A stretch of DNA of 64,000 nucleotides from a virus. Position 1 is the first letter of the stretch, and every line of letters starts with the position of its first letter. This document shows, one piece after another, positions 30,687 to 41,715 of this stretch. The notes under the pieces are model-generated. The model did no database searches and was not told the DNA's origin. It worked only from the letters and a program-made list of their open reading frames with translations. The DNA lies in IMG/VR virus record IMGVR_UViG_3300027712_000018; one strand, 5' to 3'. The position numbers were made by a program, and so were the translations under genes.

Positions 30687-33600
30687 TATAGTATATTCTC
30701 CGTGCTTACAATCATCGTGCTTCCGTTAATTATCAAATTTGAACCATTCAATAACAAGTAATCATCAGACCTCTTCAGTGATTTGATACTGCTATTAGAA
30801 GATGAAATGTTTAAATTGGCGGTCGATCTTCTCTCAACACTTCCAAATAATTCATTACCCGCTACGTGTAGGATCTTTTTAACAACATCCTTATATCTAT
30901 TTAGGGACAATCCAGAAATGATATCGTAGGAATATTCTTGATAGTATTTATTGTCGTGAATTTTCTTATCTGAACTCAAATGCGATGTTGTCGTTTTCCA
31001 ATAACCAGAACCGATACCTTGTTTTAACAGTTTACTTGTGCCAGTCATGACATATGGGTTTGTGGTACTTTCTAGATTAACGGAACCATCATTAACATAT
31101 CCAAATCCCGAATCAACAACCGACACAGCAGTGGCCACACCGTTAGCGACAACAACACTACCTGAGATGCTAGCGTTATCGCCAACTACAGTCGCATTAC
31201 TATCGGTCGTAACAGAAAACACAGACCCCGTTGCTTTTGACGTTGCCCCCGTAATATCGGTGCCAGATAAAAATGATACGTTAAAACTAGTACGGCGAAC
31301 GTGTAGTAGTTTATTATCTAGATCGTAACTAATAACAGTACCCTTAGCGGTAGTAGAATCTAATAGGTTTTGTTGAATAATTTCACCGACTTTGAATGAA
31401 CCAAACACACTAGTTAATTTTATATAGAAATCTGAACGGCCATAACTAGCAATATATGGGTTAACAACGTGAATAAACGGATCGGCATTGTAATTGGATC
31501 CTGGGTTAATCTTAGTTAGAGTTCCGATACTACCAATCAAGAAGTTGTCGAATGTCAATAGGTCGCCGATTAGATTAGTAAATCCACCAGCCGGATTTTT
31601 AGGAAATCCATATCCGAAGGTCATATTAATACATAAAGTTGCGACAGTACCGCCTGTTAGAGGTAATGTTAATGTCGGCGTAGTATAATAACCATCACCT
31701 ATGCCAGACATCGTGATTCCAGTAATTCCGCCAGTAGCATCGGTAACAATAGTGCCACTCACTTGCGTATACGGATCGCCGCCTGCTTTACCACCTCCCG
31801 TAAAAGTAACTAAACTACCGTTAGCATATCCAGAACCACTACTAGAAACAGACGCAAACCCCCCACTCACATATGTAGATAAAGAATTTGTATATGCAAT
31901 TGTGAAAGTAGTAGCGTTAGCCGCAGTAATTGTTTGAGCAGATAAATTATAACCAAGTGGATTGATATTAGCGATAGTTACTGTATTACCGACTCCATAC
32001 GTATTAGTAGCACTATAAACAATTGTAGATCCGTTCGCAGTGGCCCCCGTAACAACAATTGCTGGAAAAACGTTAGCGACGAATCCGAAACCCGAGCCTT
32101 GACCACTCACCAAAATATCTTTGTATGGTGTATTGGCCGAATTGTTTGCACCTACGATGTCGGTGTTGAGAGGAACTGTTTCAGTGTTCTCTAAGAAACC
32201 AAGTTTGAACGATGCACCTGTTCCTGTTCGAATGCCAGTAAGAGGTTCACTAACTTCAAGAATCGCACCATTAGAATATTTTGGCGGAGATACTAATTGC
32301 GCTCTGTCAGTCTCTATATAATAGGATCCAGTTGCAGAGTAATAGAAACTGTTTGCTAAACTACCATAAAGGCCAACAGCGGTTGTATTCTGGCCAACAA
32401 CAATACCGTTGGCGTAGAGTTTAGTGACGTTGTCTTTTCCGGCAGGAGCTCCGATACTGCCATTTGATGCGTTAACGTTATTCAAATAAACATAGGCAGC
32501 ACCCGTCACAGTATTCGAAGAAATTGTACCTTGAAGTTTGGTTGTGTTGCCATAAATTAAACCGCTAAAAGTTGCATTCGCATCAAGAAACGCACCATAA
32601 ACAATTCTAACATCCACGTTTGACCCGACTCTGTTGGTAACCAAACCTCTGGCACCAAGAGTCGTTGTCGAAGTCGAAGTGATCGTACTGTTGATTGAAG
32701 GTGTTGCTGTTACAACTAGAGAAGCGTTGGCGACAAATGGACCAAACGCTTTATTGACGACGAGTGATGTTGAGTTGGCCACCGATTGAACTTGACCAAA
32801 CGCTTTATATGCGGTAAAGGTATTACCATTCGCCGTAAAAGTTATTGTTTGACTTACGTTGGCGGACGTAGTAAAGCCTGTTGTACTAGCAACCGAAAGA
32901 GTGTATATTGATTCTTCATCAATATATTCACCGTTTGAAAATGCGACAGGGGAACTCAGGGTTAATTTTCTTTGGTCGCCAAATGTCGATCCACCGATAA
33001 CTTGTATAGTTACAAGTGAGTAAGCAGAGGCCGTAGAAATCACGTCACCGTTACTATTAGTATTGGCGACAGCGATAACATAACTGTTGGCAACTATAGT
33101 ATTTGATCCATCTCTACCAGTTAGATATGTTCCAACGATATTGCTGCTATTGATGTTTGTCGCACTATACAGATAAATCTTTTCAATACGTTGTAATACT
33201 GGTTCGTAAAGAATGAATGAATTGGCCGAATTATTCACATTCAACATGGCAGTCGAAACATAGACTTTAGTGGTGTTGGCCACAAAGTCTGATGTTCCTG
33301 CCATATATGCACTGGTGTATCCGTATCCACCGTCCAAGATTTTAAGGTCAACCTTACCAGTGAAGTCGGCGGTAGCTGTAACACGAACCTTGCCGTGTTG
33401 CGCTTGAGGAGACACAACGTTAAGAACGTCACCGACTTTGTTGTCACGCCCACCAAGTGTCAGTTCGACATTAGTAAGAGATCCAATAATAGTAGGCGAT
33501 CCACTCAGATAACCATCGTCCGTAATCTGTTCACCATAAGAAAAATCACCTTGCACACTACTCAGATACAGCACGTCAATGAGTTTGCCGTTGATTCTTT

Positions 33601-34117
33601 TGGTAACAAGACTTTCAACAAATCCTGTAGCACCTGAAGCCGAACCCGTAATTTGATGGTCTAAAAAAGTTTTGTTTCTAGGCGATTTAGTGATTTCTAA
33701 ATACTGTGGTTTAAACCATAAAGAATCCGATGCTTTAATAACATCATCACCAGGATAATATACATCCACTTCTTGATTGTAAAGTAATTTAAGTAGAAGT
33801 TGAAGAGAGTTTTTAGACCCCTTTGACGAATACAAATCAAGAATGTGTTTAACAGCAAACCTTTTATCGGTAGTGATAATAGAAGGAAAGTCGGACAAAA
33901 AGTTATTCTGAAAATGTGATATGAATGACGATAACGATTCGTCAATGTCCGTCAATTCAAACATCTGTTTAGACATCTTGACAGAATACTTATCAGTCGT
34001 TTCTAGAAACTCGTAATAGGCCTTTATGAAGGCCACCAATTCTGCGCCGTTCTCACGGTAATGTGCCGGAAATTGTGACTCAATTAGATGTGATATTGTT
34101 TTAGTAATATCGGTCAT
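30686..34117 (-). CDS. Baseplate wedge protein (gp7-like)
   Basis: IESQFPAHYRE..FIKAYYEFLE, KHILDLYSSKGS and C-terminal IHDNKYYQEYSYDI...LHVAG motifs; lies between gp6 and gp8. Confidence 0.75.
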   Translation of the reverse strand: MTDITKTISHLIESQFPAHYRENGAELVAFIKAYYEFLETTDKYSVKMSKQMFELTDIDESLSSFISHFQNNFLSDFPSIITTDKRFAVKHILDLYSSKGSKNSLQLLLKLLYNQEVDVYYPGDDVIKASDSLWFKPQYLEITKSPRNKTFLDHQITGSASGATGFVESLVTKRINGKLIDVLYLSSVQGDFSYGEQITDDGYLSGSPTIIGSLTNVELTLGGRDNKVGDVLNVVSPQAQHGKVRVTATADFTGKVDLKILDGGYGYTSAYMAGTSDFVANTTKVYVSTAMLNVNNSANSFILYEPVLQRIEKIYLYSATNINSSNIVGTYLTGRDGSNTIVANSYVIAVANTNSNGDVISTASAYSLVTIQVIGGSTFGDQRKLTLSSPVAFSNGEYIDEESIYTLSVASTTGFTTSANVSQTITFTANGNTFTAYKAFGQVQSVANSTSLVVNKAFGPFVANASLVVTATPSINSTITSTSTTTLGARGLVTNRVGSNVDVRIVYGAFLDANATFSGLIYGNTTKLQGTISSNTVTGAAYVYLNNVNASNGSIGAPAGKDNVTKLYANGIVVGQNTTAVGLYGSLANSFYYSATGSYYIETDRAQLVSPPKYSNGAILEVSEPLTGIRTGTGASFKLGFLENTETVPLNTDIVGANNSANTPYKDILVSGQGSGFGFVANVFPAIVVTGATANGSTIVYSATNTYGVGNTVTIANINPLGYNLSAQTITAANATTFTIAYTNSLSTYVSGGFASVSSSGSGYANGSLVTFTGGGKAGGDPYTQVSGTIVTDATGGITGITMSGIGDGYYTTPTLTLPLTGGTVATLCINMTFGYGFPKNPAGGFTNLIGDLLTFDNFLIGSIGTLTKINPGSNYNADPFIHVVNPYIASYGRSDFYIKLTSVFGSFKVGEIIQQNLLDSTTAKGTVISYDLDNKLLHVRRTSFNVSFLSGTDITGATSKATGSVFSVTTDSNATVVGDNASISGSVVVANGVATAVSVVDSGFGYVNDGSVNLESTTNPYVMTGTSKLLKQGIGSGYWKTTTSHLSSDKKIHDNKYYQEYSYDIISGLSLNRYKDVVKKILHVAGNELFGSVERRSTANLNISSSNSSIKSLKRSDDYLLLNGSNLIINGSTMIVSTENIL

Positions 34118-34118
34118 G

Positions 34119-35912
34119 TTATTCCGCTACTCCATAAACGTTAACGATCACATCACTTGATCTGATATTAAGAATTCTATCAATTGATGAAGAAATATCT
34201 TTTGATGCCGTTCTAGCATAGAGTCTAATATCAGAACCTTCATAAGCAGAGATATTCAAATCTTTAATGTTGACAACACTAGTCGTATAATTAATTGTCC
34301 CCGCAGCCTTGTTTAAATAGACGAATCCACCAGAACTTGTTGTTGACAAAATCTGAACAACCCCTTGACCATTGTCTTGTAAGAATGCAGAAGAGTTTCC
34401 CCCGTATGTGAACGGAGATGATTTAAACGCTGGCTTGTGTGAAGCGACTTGTTCTCCCGCCGTCATTGGGTGGTCACTGATGAGTGGGTTATCAAAATTC
34501 AAAGAATAGGTCACGTTGGTGTTTAGTGTAGGATTGATTGCCAACACTTCAAGGACAGTCGTGTCATTTGATATGATACTAGAATCGGCGTTGTCAATAG
34601 TCGAAATGAAGTTAGAATATCTAAATGTCTTTTTAAAGTCTGACAGGTTGTTTGTACTGTATGAAACAATCGCACTTGTGACCAAATCTTTGATGGCGAC
34701 AGGTGATTGAGTGGTCTTGTTGATGTTATAATAAACATTACTTGACACATATAGATACATGAATTTAGCAGATTCGACTACTGGTTCGATACCTAATGCG
34801 GCACGATCTTTTAAGTAGTTGTAATACTTTCTCTTGTTATTATCGGATAGTCCGTAAGCGTTATTAACATCAACTGCAATAATAACTTTGCCATACAGAG
34901 GTGGATCTTCCTCTTCGCCACCGTATGCAGACACAGCCTGAATCTCAGGAAACTTCGCCTTCAACAAAACTTCATAATCGGATTTGGTGATGGCTCTATC
35001 TTGAACCTGAATTGATTTGGGTGCAAAGTATCTGATAGAATCAATTGATTCGATATCAGTCCCATCTGCGGAAGTTGTGTTTAAACTTACGGTTGCAACA
35101 TATCCTGAGATTGTTCCGACAGGAGCGATACTTGTAATGCCATTCGCATCAGCACCAGCAGTGATACGGTATTCAACCAAAATAACATTACCAGCAGTTG
35201 GGGATGTCCCGAATATGTTTTGGCCGAATGTTATTTCATATAAGTCGTTAAAATATGGTTGGATATAGAATATTTTATCTGTAGAAGTCACACCATAGAT
35301 GTCGGTCTTTGGAGAGTATGATACCCCAATTATATCAGAAGCATTTTGCTTTACTGTAACACGAATACTATTGGTGTCAATCTTTTTATTGGATACGATG
35401 AATCGTTGTGAAGCCTGACCTGTTACTGTAAAGGCTTCAGTGACATACGTCCCTTCGTATACATCCAAGTTGTTGTATGTGAAGGTATTGTTGATGTTGG
35501 TGATAGATACCGCATCAGGATTGTAGAACGTATAGGTAGTATTACCGCACTTGGCATTAAACTTCGTCTTAGCAGGAATTGTGATAGATGCAGGATATGG
35601 GTAGTTGACTGCCAATTTGATGGCGATGTTTGCCTTAGACGATGTGTATGATCTTGGCATATAGTTTAGACTTTTGGCGTGAGAGACGACTGAGTCACGT
35701 AGTTGTGCCGTGTCCATGAACATCTCAGAGATGGCCATGTTCGTATAGAAGTTGTTCTGATACGTGTTATAAGCCAGAACGTCCAACAAGACCGACATGT
35801 TAGCGCCTTCAAAGTTGTAGTCTTTGAATTGCGATTGTGATTGCAGATAAGTTTTAAGATCAGACTTGATTTCGTCAAAGTCTAATTTGGTGATGCCGCT
35901 AACTGTTGCCAT
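34119..35912 (-). CDS. gp6: Baseplate wedge protein gp6
   Basis: LDFDEIKSDLKTYL..F.DYNFEGANMSVLLDVLAYNT, QDRAITKSDY and YGGEE..PPLYGKV. Confidence 0.93.
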   Translation of the reverse strand: MATVSGITKLDFDEIKSDLKTYLQSQSQFKDYNFEGANMSVLLDVLAYNTYQNNFYTNMAISEMFMDTAQLRDSVVSHAKSLNYMPRSYTSSKANIAIKLAVNYPYPASITIPAKTKFNAKCGNTTYTFYNPDAVSITNINNTFTYNNLDVYEGTYVTEAFTVTGQASQRFIVSNKKIDTNSIRVTVKQNASDIIGVSYSPKTDIYGVTSTDKIFYIQPYFNDLYEITFGQNIFGTSPTAGNVILVEYRITAGADANGITSIAPVGTISGYVATVSLNTTSADGTDIESIDSIRYFAPKSIQVQDRAITKSDYEVLLKAKFPEIQAVSAYGGEEEDPPLYGKVIIAVDVNNAYGLSDNNKRKYYNYLKDRAALGIEPVVESAKFMYLYVSSNVYYNINKTTQSPVAIKDLVTSAIVSYSTNNLSDFKKTFRYSNFISTIDNADSSIISNDTTVLEVLAINPTLNTNVTYSLNFDNPLISDHPMTAGEQVASHKPAFKSSPFTYGGNSSAFLQDNGQGVVQILSTTSSGGFVYLNKAAGTINYTTSVVNIKDLNISAYEGSDIRLYARTASKDISSSIDRILNIRSSDVIVNVYGVAE

Positions 35913-36328
35913 TATCTTACCCTGCTAAGTACTACGTTTAATGTGATTGGTGTCTGTATATTTATTACACTGAAAGTAATTGATACAGTGACACTGTTTG
36001 TGTCGTCTGCCATGTTTGAGATGTTGACCGATAGAAGGTTGCATCTTGGCTCAAAGTTTTTGATCGTGGTTCCGATTGTTTCATTAAGAATGTATTTGGT
36101 TTCAGGATACATAATGTTTTCAAACAACATCTTTCGAATGTTTGATCCAAGTGTTGGGTTGAATAGTCGTTCCCCTTGGTCAGTCAATAACAGATTCTTG
36201 ATTGATTCTTTGATTGCATCTTCATCAGTATACCTTGACACATCATTATTAATTGGATTGAGAAACATATCTTTTCTCAAGTCTGAATACAAAACTTGTT
36301 GTTTTCTCGTTGTCGGCGTAATGATCAT
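35912..36328 (-). CDS. gp25: Baseplate wedge protein gp25
   Basis: AIKESIKNLLLTDQGERLFNPTLGSNI..LFE...FEPR. Confidence 0.92.
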   Translation of the reverse strand: MIITPTTRKQQVLYSDLRKDMFLNPINNDVSRYTDEDAIKESIKNLLLTDQGERLFNPTLGSNIRKMLFENIMYPETKYILNETIGTTIKNFEPRCNLLSVNISNMADDTNSVTVSITFSVINIQTPITLNVVLSRVR

Positions 36329-36347
36329 CTTGGCATTCCTTTAGTGT

Positions 36348-36355
36348 TATTTATC
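36348..36355 (-). promoter_or_regulatory. Late-promoter variant GATAAATA
   Basis: One mismatch to TATAAATA, 19 nt upstream of gp25. Confidence 0.5.
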
Positions 36356-37989
36356 TACTGCGGAGTGTTTAAATTTGGTGATGGTGGAGTGCCATGTATG
36401 AAATTTCCTGCAACATGATTTATTAGAGTTGGCCAATGAGACATTTGAGAATGATCGTCAATTGCAGTCCATTTTCTAACTGAAGCCACATCAATGTGAA
36501 TAAAGGTCTTGTACGTACCAATACCACCAGCAAGGTGTTGACTGGCAGTTTTGATGAACGCTTCACCCGAAGCAAAATCAGTTCCGAAAGATGATCGAAT
36601 AACATCCATAGCCAATCCTGTTTTATGGGCGCTGTCTTTTGCAGGCCACTGACTTTTAGGCAGTCCCTCATCTATAGCTTTTTGTCTAATGTATTGGTTA
36701 TATTCGGGCGATCTAAATCCGCTTTTTATTTCTAATCTTTTACCAATCACCTTAGAAACTCTAATTCCCAAAATAAGAACATTTGGGTTGAGGTTTTTGA
36801 CACCAATGCCTGGACTTTTTAATTCTGGGTGGCCCGGAATAATATTGTCCATACTGTCTCCAATGGTGCTGAAGTCGAACCATGTAGCACCAGCATGACT
36901 ACTACCAGACATTTGATCAGCGGGAGTAGCAATGATTGATGCCGCAATAGATTTCTCTTCATCTGTAGGTGGTTCTGAAAAGAAAGAGGACGGAGTAGCT
37001 TGACCAGCACCATTTACAGAAGGCGCAGCAATTGAACTATTAGAACCAGAAGTGGAAAAATTAAGAGATTGAGCCAAGTTTTTCTTAATTTCGTCAGCAT
37101 TGATGTCACTTATTCTAAATGCACCAGACGTTATAGCATCTAAAGTAAATTGTTGTGAATTATTAAATATGACGTTCTTGATGTTTTCAGCATTCTTCAA
37201 ATCATCCTGAAGACTCTTCAATGGGGCTTTCATGAACTGTTCAACAGCATTTGACAGTTGACAAAATCTATAAGTTAGGTATAATATGTTATCAGCAGTG
37301 ATTGATTTAAACTTGTTTGCTGCTGAAGATATGGCATTGCTTACGATATCCTTTAGAGTAGACACATTAAGATCACTAAAGAAGTCTGTAGCCTTTTTGA
37401 CTTTATCTGCAAGTGCTTTGATAGATCCTATGCCTGCTGTAATTTTACTAGTCAATTGGTTAATAGTCTTAGTGAGTTTTGATTTGATCTTATCAATTAG
37501 ACCATGTAATAGATTTTTAATACTCAACACACTAGATATGATGTTATTAATTTTGTCAAGAATTTTAAAAACACTTTTTAGTAGGCCATTGAAGGTGGTG
37601 CAAAGACTATCGGTACTTGATGCAAAGTTGGTTGTGTAATGTGCGTCAATGTTTGTTAGATAATCTATTGCGGAGATTGATAATGGATATGTTGCAACCA
37701 AAGGAACCGTAGTTACGAGTGTGGCAGTCGCATCTAAGAAATCCGCATATTCTGTTGGAGTAATAGGGCCAGATCTTATACGATCAACCAGCATAGGAAA
37801 ATCGTATTCGGGATGATTCAAAATGATATCAACAAAATCACTTAGTCCGGCAATTGCACTATTTAAAAATCCTGAATTATATTTCAACGCAGAATCGTTC
37901 TGTTGATTAAACAGAACGCTTATTGAGAGCACGCTAGCTTCCAAATCTTTTGATGTACTATCTAAATTAAAATATGGATTACAAGACAT
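36355..37989 (-). CDS. Baseplate-region protein with C-terminal M15 zinc peptidase domain
   Basis: IKSGFRSPEYN, SAHKTGLAMD (H-x6-D) and GIGTYKTFIHIDV (H-x-D) motifs; helical N-terminal region. Confidence 0.75.
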   Translation of the reverse strand: MSCNPYFNLDSTSKDLEASVLSISVLFNQQNDSALKYNSGFLNSAIAGLSDFVDIILNHPEYDFPMLVDRIRSGPITPTEYADFLDATATLVTTVPLVATYPLSISAIDYLTNIDAHYTTNFASSTDSLCTTFNGLLKSVFKILDKINNIISSVLSIKNLLHGLIDKIKSKLTKTINQLTSKITAGIGSIKALADKVKKATDFFSDLNVSTLKDIVSNAISSAANKFKSITADNILYLTYRFCQLSNAVEQFMKAPLKSLQDDLKNAENIKNVIFNNSQQFTLDAITSGAFRISDINADEIKKNLAQSLNFSTSGSNSSIAAPSVNGAGQATPSSFFSEPPTDEEKSIAASIIATPADQMSGSSHAGATWFDFSTIGDSMDNIIPGHPELKSPGIGVKNLNPNVLILGIRVSKVIGKRLEIKSGFRSPEYNQYIRQKAIDEGLPKSQWPAKDSAHKTGLAMDVIRSSFGTDFASGEAFIKTASQHLAGGIGTYKTFIHIDVASVRKWTAIDDHSQMSHWPTLINHVAGNFIHGTPPSPNLNTPQ

Positions 37990-37998
37990 TTCTATTCC

Positions 37999-39783
37999 TT
38001 ATACTGCAGTGCTTTCGTCAATATGACTAGCACCCATAGTTCCTGGTGTTGGCGAAGGTTTCACGTCTACAGATCTACCGACTTCATGTGCGGGTGGTGT
38101 AGGTAAATTGATGGCACCTGTGGTATCATCTAAGTCTGCTACATCTACTACTGGCGCACCTTGTTGTAACTTTACATCTGCACCGTCTAATTTTATATCC
38201 CCCGTTGCGAGAAGATGAGTTTCGCCTGATGCTTTTAATCCTATAGTAGCGGAGTTGACGAGGTACACGCCAGTCTTTTGTTGGATGCTGTTCTGACCAT
38301 TAAAGAATATCGAATCCGCTTTTATAGAGGTTAATCCGACAGATTGCATTTCAAGTTTCTCGGCGGCCAACATACTAAGGTCGCCTACCTTAGACGAGAT
38401 ACCGATACGTGATGCGCCGATGTCCAATGAACCACCTGAGTTCATGATGATATTGCCTGCAGCTTGCATATTGATATTCGAACCAGAAGTGATGTTCATA
38501 TCGCCTGTTGAGTGTAGACTTAGAACGCCACCATCAACCAAAACCGCATAACCACCTTTTGACACATTGGTAGTGAACCCCTCGACTACTTCTTCCAGAT
38601 CATTTGAAGAATTGATATGTACACGACCAACACTATTTATCGTCACATTGCCATTTTGATCTAAGATAATATGCGAGCCAGATCTGTGCATCACTTTGAT
38701 GTGTTCACTGTCTCTGTTTGAACCAGCGTGCATTTCAATATACGACCCATCGTATCGTGCATTCCACACACCCGTTTTATAAGATCCGCCAGAAGGAACT
38801 CCCGGATGAGTTAAGATATATCCTTTGTCATTGTAAGATTTACCGTCAAGTATCGCACCACCATCAGGCGTCTTGTGTTGATGTTCGCCTGTGGCCTGAG
38901 GGGGTAGTGCTAAATGACTAAACTTCTCAATAACTTCGGCACTTAGCTTTAACCATGGGTTGGTTGGTGGAACTGTAGTTGGAGTGTTGTTTGCCGTACC
39001 TGTTATTTGATTGTATTTTTTTAGAAAATCTGCTGAATATGTGGTTGATGTTAAACCAGGATTTGCAGCTATCTGTTCCGCAGTCATGGCACCAGAAGCC
39101 TTTCCAGTATACCACACGTTAGCGAGAGCGGTCAAATCGTTATTGTTATGAGATAGGATATCGTTGACGTTATATGCAGCAACGGCGTCTTGTATGTCTG
39201 GTGGAGCATCTACAGCTCTAGCGTATTGAGTACCAATTCCAGATAATTTGGTATACGATTGCCACGTAGCATCAATATAGCCATAAGCGCCAGATGCAGA
39301 AGATTTTGAAGTTGGGTTACTGATTTTTGCATCGGCGGTATAACTACCACTCGATTCTTTGGATTTAAGCGTTTCGAGAATTGCTTTAGTGCTACCAGCT
39401 GGAGCATTAACTCCCATCGTGGCTGCGGCAGATGATCCTACTTGCCCAGATTGTCCAGCACCACCACTAGACGAACTAGAGGTAACAGGGACACCAAACT
39501 TCGCTGTTGGAATGATACCAAAGACGAGGGGTTGTTGTGCATCACGACCATCTAGGAATGCGCCAAAGACGAGTTCGCCACGGTCATGTGGTGTGTGCAT
39601 GTGTGGACTTGCCGCAAGGACGGGAGCCCAAGGCAGATCGTCAGTATCGACGGTGTTCTCTTCAATGGTCGGATGAAACCCGAATGCACGAATTTTTACT
39701 CGGCCAGCATTGATAGGATCATTGACATCTTCAATCAGACCCATAAACCATGTAAGATTAGTTAATCCATCATATACTATCAT
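37999..39783 (-). CDS. gp5: Baseplate hub/spike gp5 with inserted lytic transglycosylase-like domain
   Basis: gp5 OB fold WFMGLIEDVNDP..GRVKIRAFGFH..LPWA..VFGAFLDG..QQPLVFG; internal ESSGSY...ASGAYGYIDATW...PDIQD domain; C-terminal beta-helix repeats. Confidence 0.85.
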   Translation of the reverse strand: MIVYDGLTNLTWFMGLIEDVNDPINAGRVKIRAFGFHPTIEENTVDTDDLPWAPVLAASPHMHTPHDRGELVFGAFLDGRDAQQPLVFGIIPTAKFGVPVTSSSSSGGAGQSGQVGSSAAATMGVNAPAGSTKAILETLKSKESSGSYTADAKISNPTSKSSASGAYGYIDATWQSYTKLSGIGTQYARAVDAPPDIQDAVAAYNVNDILSHNNNDLTALANVWYTGKASGAMTAEQIAANPGLTSTTYSADFLKKYNQITGTANNTPTTVPPTNPWLKLSAEVIEKFSHLALPPQATGEHQHKTPDGGAILDGKSYNDKGYILTHPGVPSGGSYKTGVWNARYDGSYIEMHAGSNRDSEHIKVMHRSGSHIILDQNGNVTINSVGRVHINSSNDLEEVVEGFTTNVSKGGYAVLVDGGVLSLHSTGDMNITSGSNINMQAAGNIIMNSGGSLDIGASRIGISSKVGDLSMLAAEKLEMQSVGLTSIKADSIFFNGQNSIQQKTGVYLVNSATIGLKASGETHLLATGDIKLDGADVKLQQGAPVVDVADLDDTTGAINLPTPPAHEVGRSVDVKPSPTPGTMGASHIDESTAV

Positions 39784-41132
39784 TTAGTTCCAATTCCATA
39801 TCTTGAGATTTTAAGATTCTGAGTGTATGTTTTGTTTTGAAAAACGTTTTTAATTTCGTTGACGATATAATATCCCGAACGTTCAAGATCAATCTCAGCA
39901 CCAGCGGATCTTGTACTATCGACCCTCTTACGTAAAGGAATTTGCAAGTTAATAACAGATCCAGCTACAATTGCATTCTTACCGTAAATAGTCGCTTCAA
40001 ACGTGTTTTGGTTATAATGATAAAAGTACGAAGTCTTTCTTGTATACAATTCCATGTAGTTCATATCGTTTCTCACTGCAGGGCCCGAAGGATCGCCAGC
40101 CCCACTGTAATCTTTGATCACGAATCGTAGATGTTTGTCGGTCATCGTATCGTTAATGAAGTTATTGGAATGTGCCAACTTGACATTCTTTTCTTTATAA
40201 TCATCTTGAATACTATAGACAGGAATTGTTTGTGCAGTTCCATTCAATATGTTAATTTCACTGATACGTTTCTTATAAGCGCCATACTTGATATCGTTAA
40301 TACTATTGACCTTTTCGCCAAAGTCAAAGGAGATGACGTTAGACATAATGGCAGTTTGATTCTCAGGTCCAAGGTTTGGTAGGTAGTTGTAACTATAGAT
40401 ATGGGCGTTAGGTAGTGTCAGACCTTGCGATTGATCATAGTATCCTGTTGTGGATGATACGCCGTCAATGCCATACCAATCTCGAACGTATTCATTAGTT
40501 CCAAAGAAGTATGCGTCACGATTTTCGAAGAACCTAAACGTCTGAGTTTTTGATTCTGACTTGAAAGCGTGTCGTGCAAAGAACAAAAACGTTTCGGTGG
40601 GAGTATAATTTGGTATCACAAGATTGATGATATTAGTTGTGGTGTCGCAATGCAAGACTTTAGTCTTGAGCTGTTTATCTTTTAACGGTTTCATATAGAC
40701 ATCATCAAATACTGACTTGACATATGTTGAAATAACATCATCTTTATAGGATTTCATGATACGATTGCTATCACTCAACACTCTAGGAATAGAAACAAAG
40801 TTGAGTGTGTATTGAATCAGAGTTGGGTTTGATTCGTCGGGGTATTTAACGTCAGATACAGAATACACCAAAAACATATCAGTACGAGTTTGGCCAAAGA
40901 AGTCTGTATATTTAAACTCAATAAACTCTTCACCAATCACAGGCAGTCTTGACAGAATGTCTTGGCCATCAAACACGGTTGTACTACCACTCATGAATGG
41001 CGTTGACATGGATTCGTTGATTGAGAATCCCGATATTAATTGAGAGATTTCAATTTTACTACTACGGTCATAATTACTAAGATACACACTCACTAATTGA
41101 TACTGACCAGCTTGGAATTGTGTATTAGACAC
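39780..41132 (-). CDS. Baseplate hub protein (gp27-like position)
   Basis: INESMSTPFMSG..LPVIGEE, FFFENRD.YFF-type and SGYYIV..IKN motifs; between gp53 and gp5. Confidence 0.65.
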   Translation of the reverse strand: MSNTQFQAGQYQLVSVYLSNYDRSSKIEISQLISGFSINESMSTPFMSGSTTVFDGQDILSRLPVIGEEFIEFKYTDFFGQTRTDMFLVYSVSDVKYPDESNPTLIQYTLNFVSIPRVLSDSNRIMKSYKDDVISTYVKSVFDDVYMKPLKDKQLKTKVLHCDTTTNIINLVIPNYTPTETFLFFARHAFKSESKTQTFRFFENRDAYFFGTNEYVRDWYGIDGVSSTTGYYDQSQGLTLPNAHIYSYNYLPNLGPENQTAIMSNVISFDFGEKVNSINDIKYGAYKKRISEINILNGTAQTIPVYSIQDDYKEKNVKLAHSNNFINDTMTDKHLRFVIKDYSGAGDPSGPAVRNDMNYMELYTRKTSYFYHYNQNTFEATIYGKNAIVAGSVINLQIPLRKRVDSTRSAGAEIDLERSGYYIVNEIKNVFQNKTYTQNLKISRYGIGTK

Positions 41133-41715
41133 TCAATAGTTCCTTCAATTCAGATTCGGCCTGTGCCGCATAAGTTCTATTAAACAAGAAGATGTTTCTC
41201 TTGTTTTCATTTACTTCGTATTCATATTCGTAGATTCTAACGGGTGACCAATTTGCAGCACTAATCAATTGCAGAGTGTTATTTAACGTGTAGGTATCGA
41301 CACTGATTCTCGTATCATTGGCGTCTTTATAATACAAAACATTTTCCGTTATATTGGCATCCATTGTCCAATTGATAATGTCATTACCTTTGTAATTTGC
41401 ATTATAGGCCTGCGCTTGCGCCGCATACTTCTTTATAAGCATGTTATTAAAATTAATGGAATCCAAAGGCCATTGATTAGACGGATCAATGATGTTATTG
41501 GCCATATAGATTAACCAAACTTTACCTTGGTCATTGTAATAATGATATGCGATTTCTTCGGCTCTTTCGCCTTCACTGACTGTGTATGAAAGGAAGTTGA
41601 TGGGTTGACTGTAGAGTTGTTCGACAATCTTCGAACGTCTTGTTATATCAACAACCGACTTGTTGTTGTATTGCACGACAGGAAAATATTTGAAATAGTT
41701 GATTGAGTTTGACAT
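41125..41715 (-). CDS. gp53: Baseplate wedge protein gp53
   Basis: YFKYFP, Y.VSEGERAEEIAYHYY...WLI..ANNIIDP..QWPL and YEYE..NENKRNI. Confidence 0.88.
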   Translation of the reverse strand: MSNSINYFKYFPVVQYNNKSVVDITRRSKIVEQLYSQPINFLSYTVSEGERAEEIAYHYYNDQGKVWLIYMANNIIDPSNQWPLDSINFNNMLIKKYAAQAQAYNANYKGNDIINWTMDANITENVLYYKDANDTRISVDTYTLNNTLQLISAANWSPVRIYEYEYEVNENKRNIFLFNRTYAAQAESELKELLSV

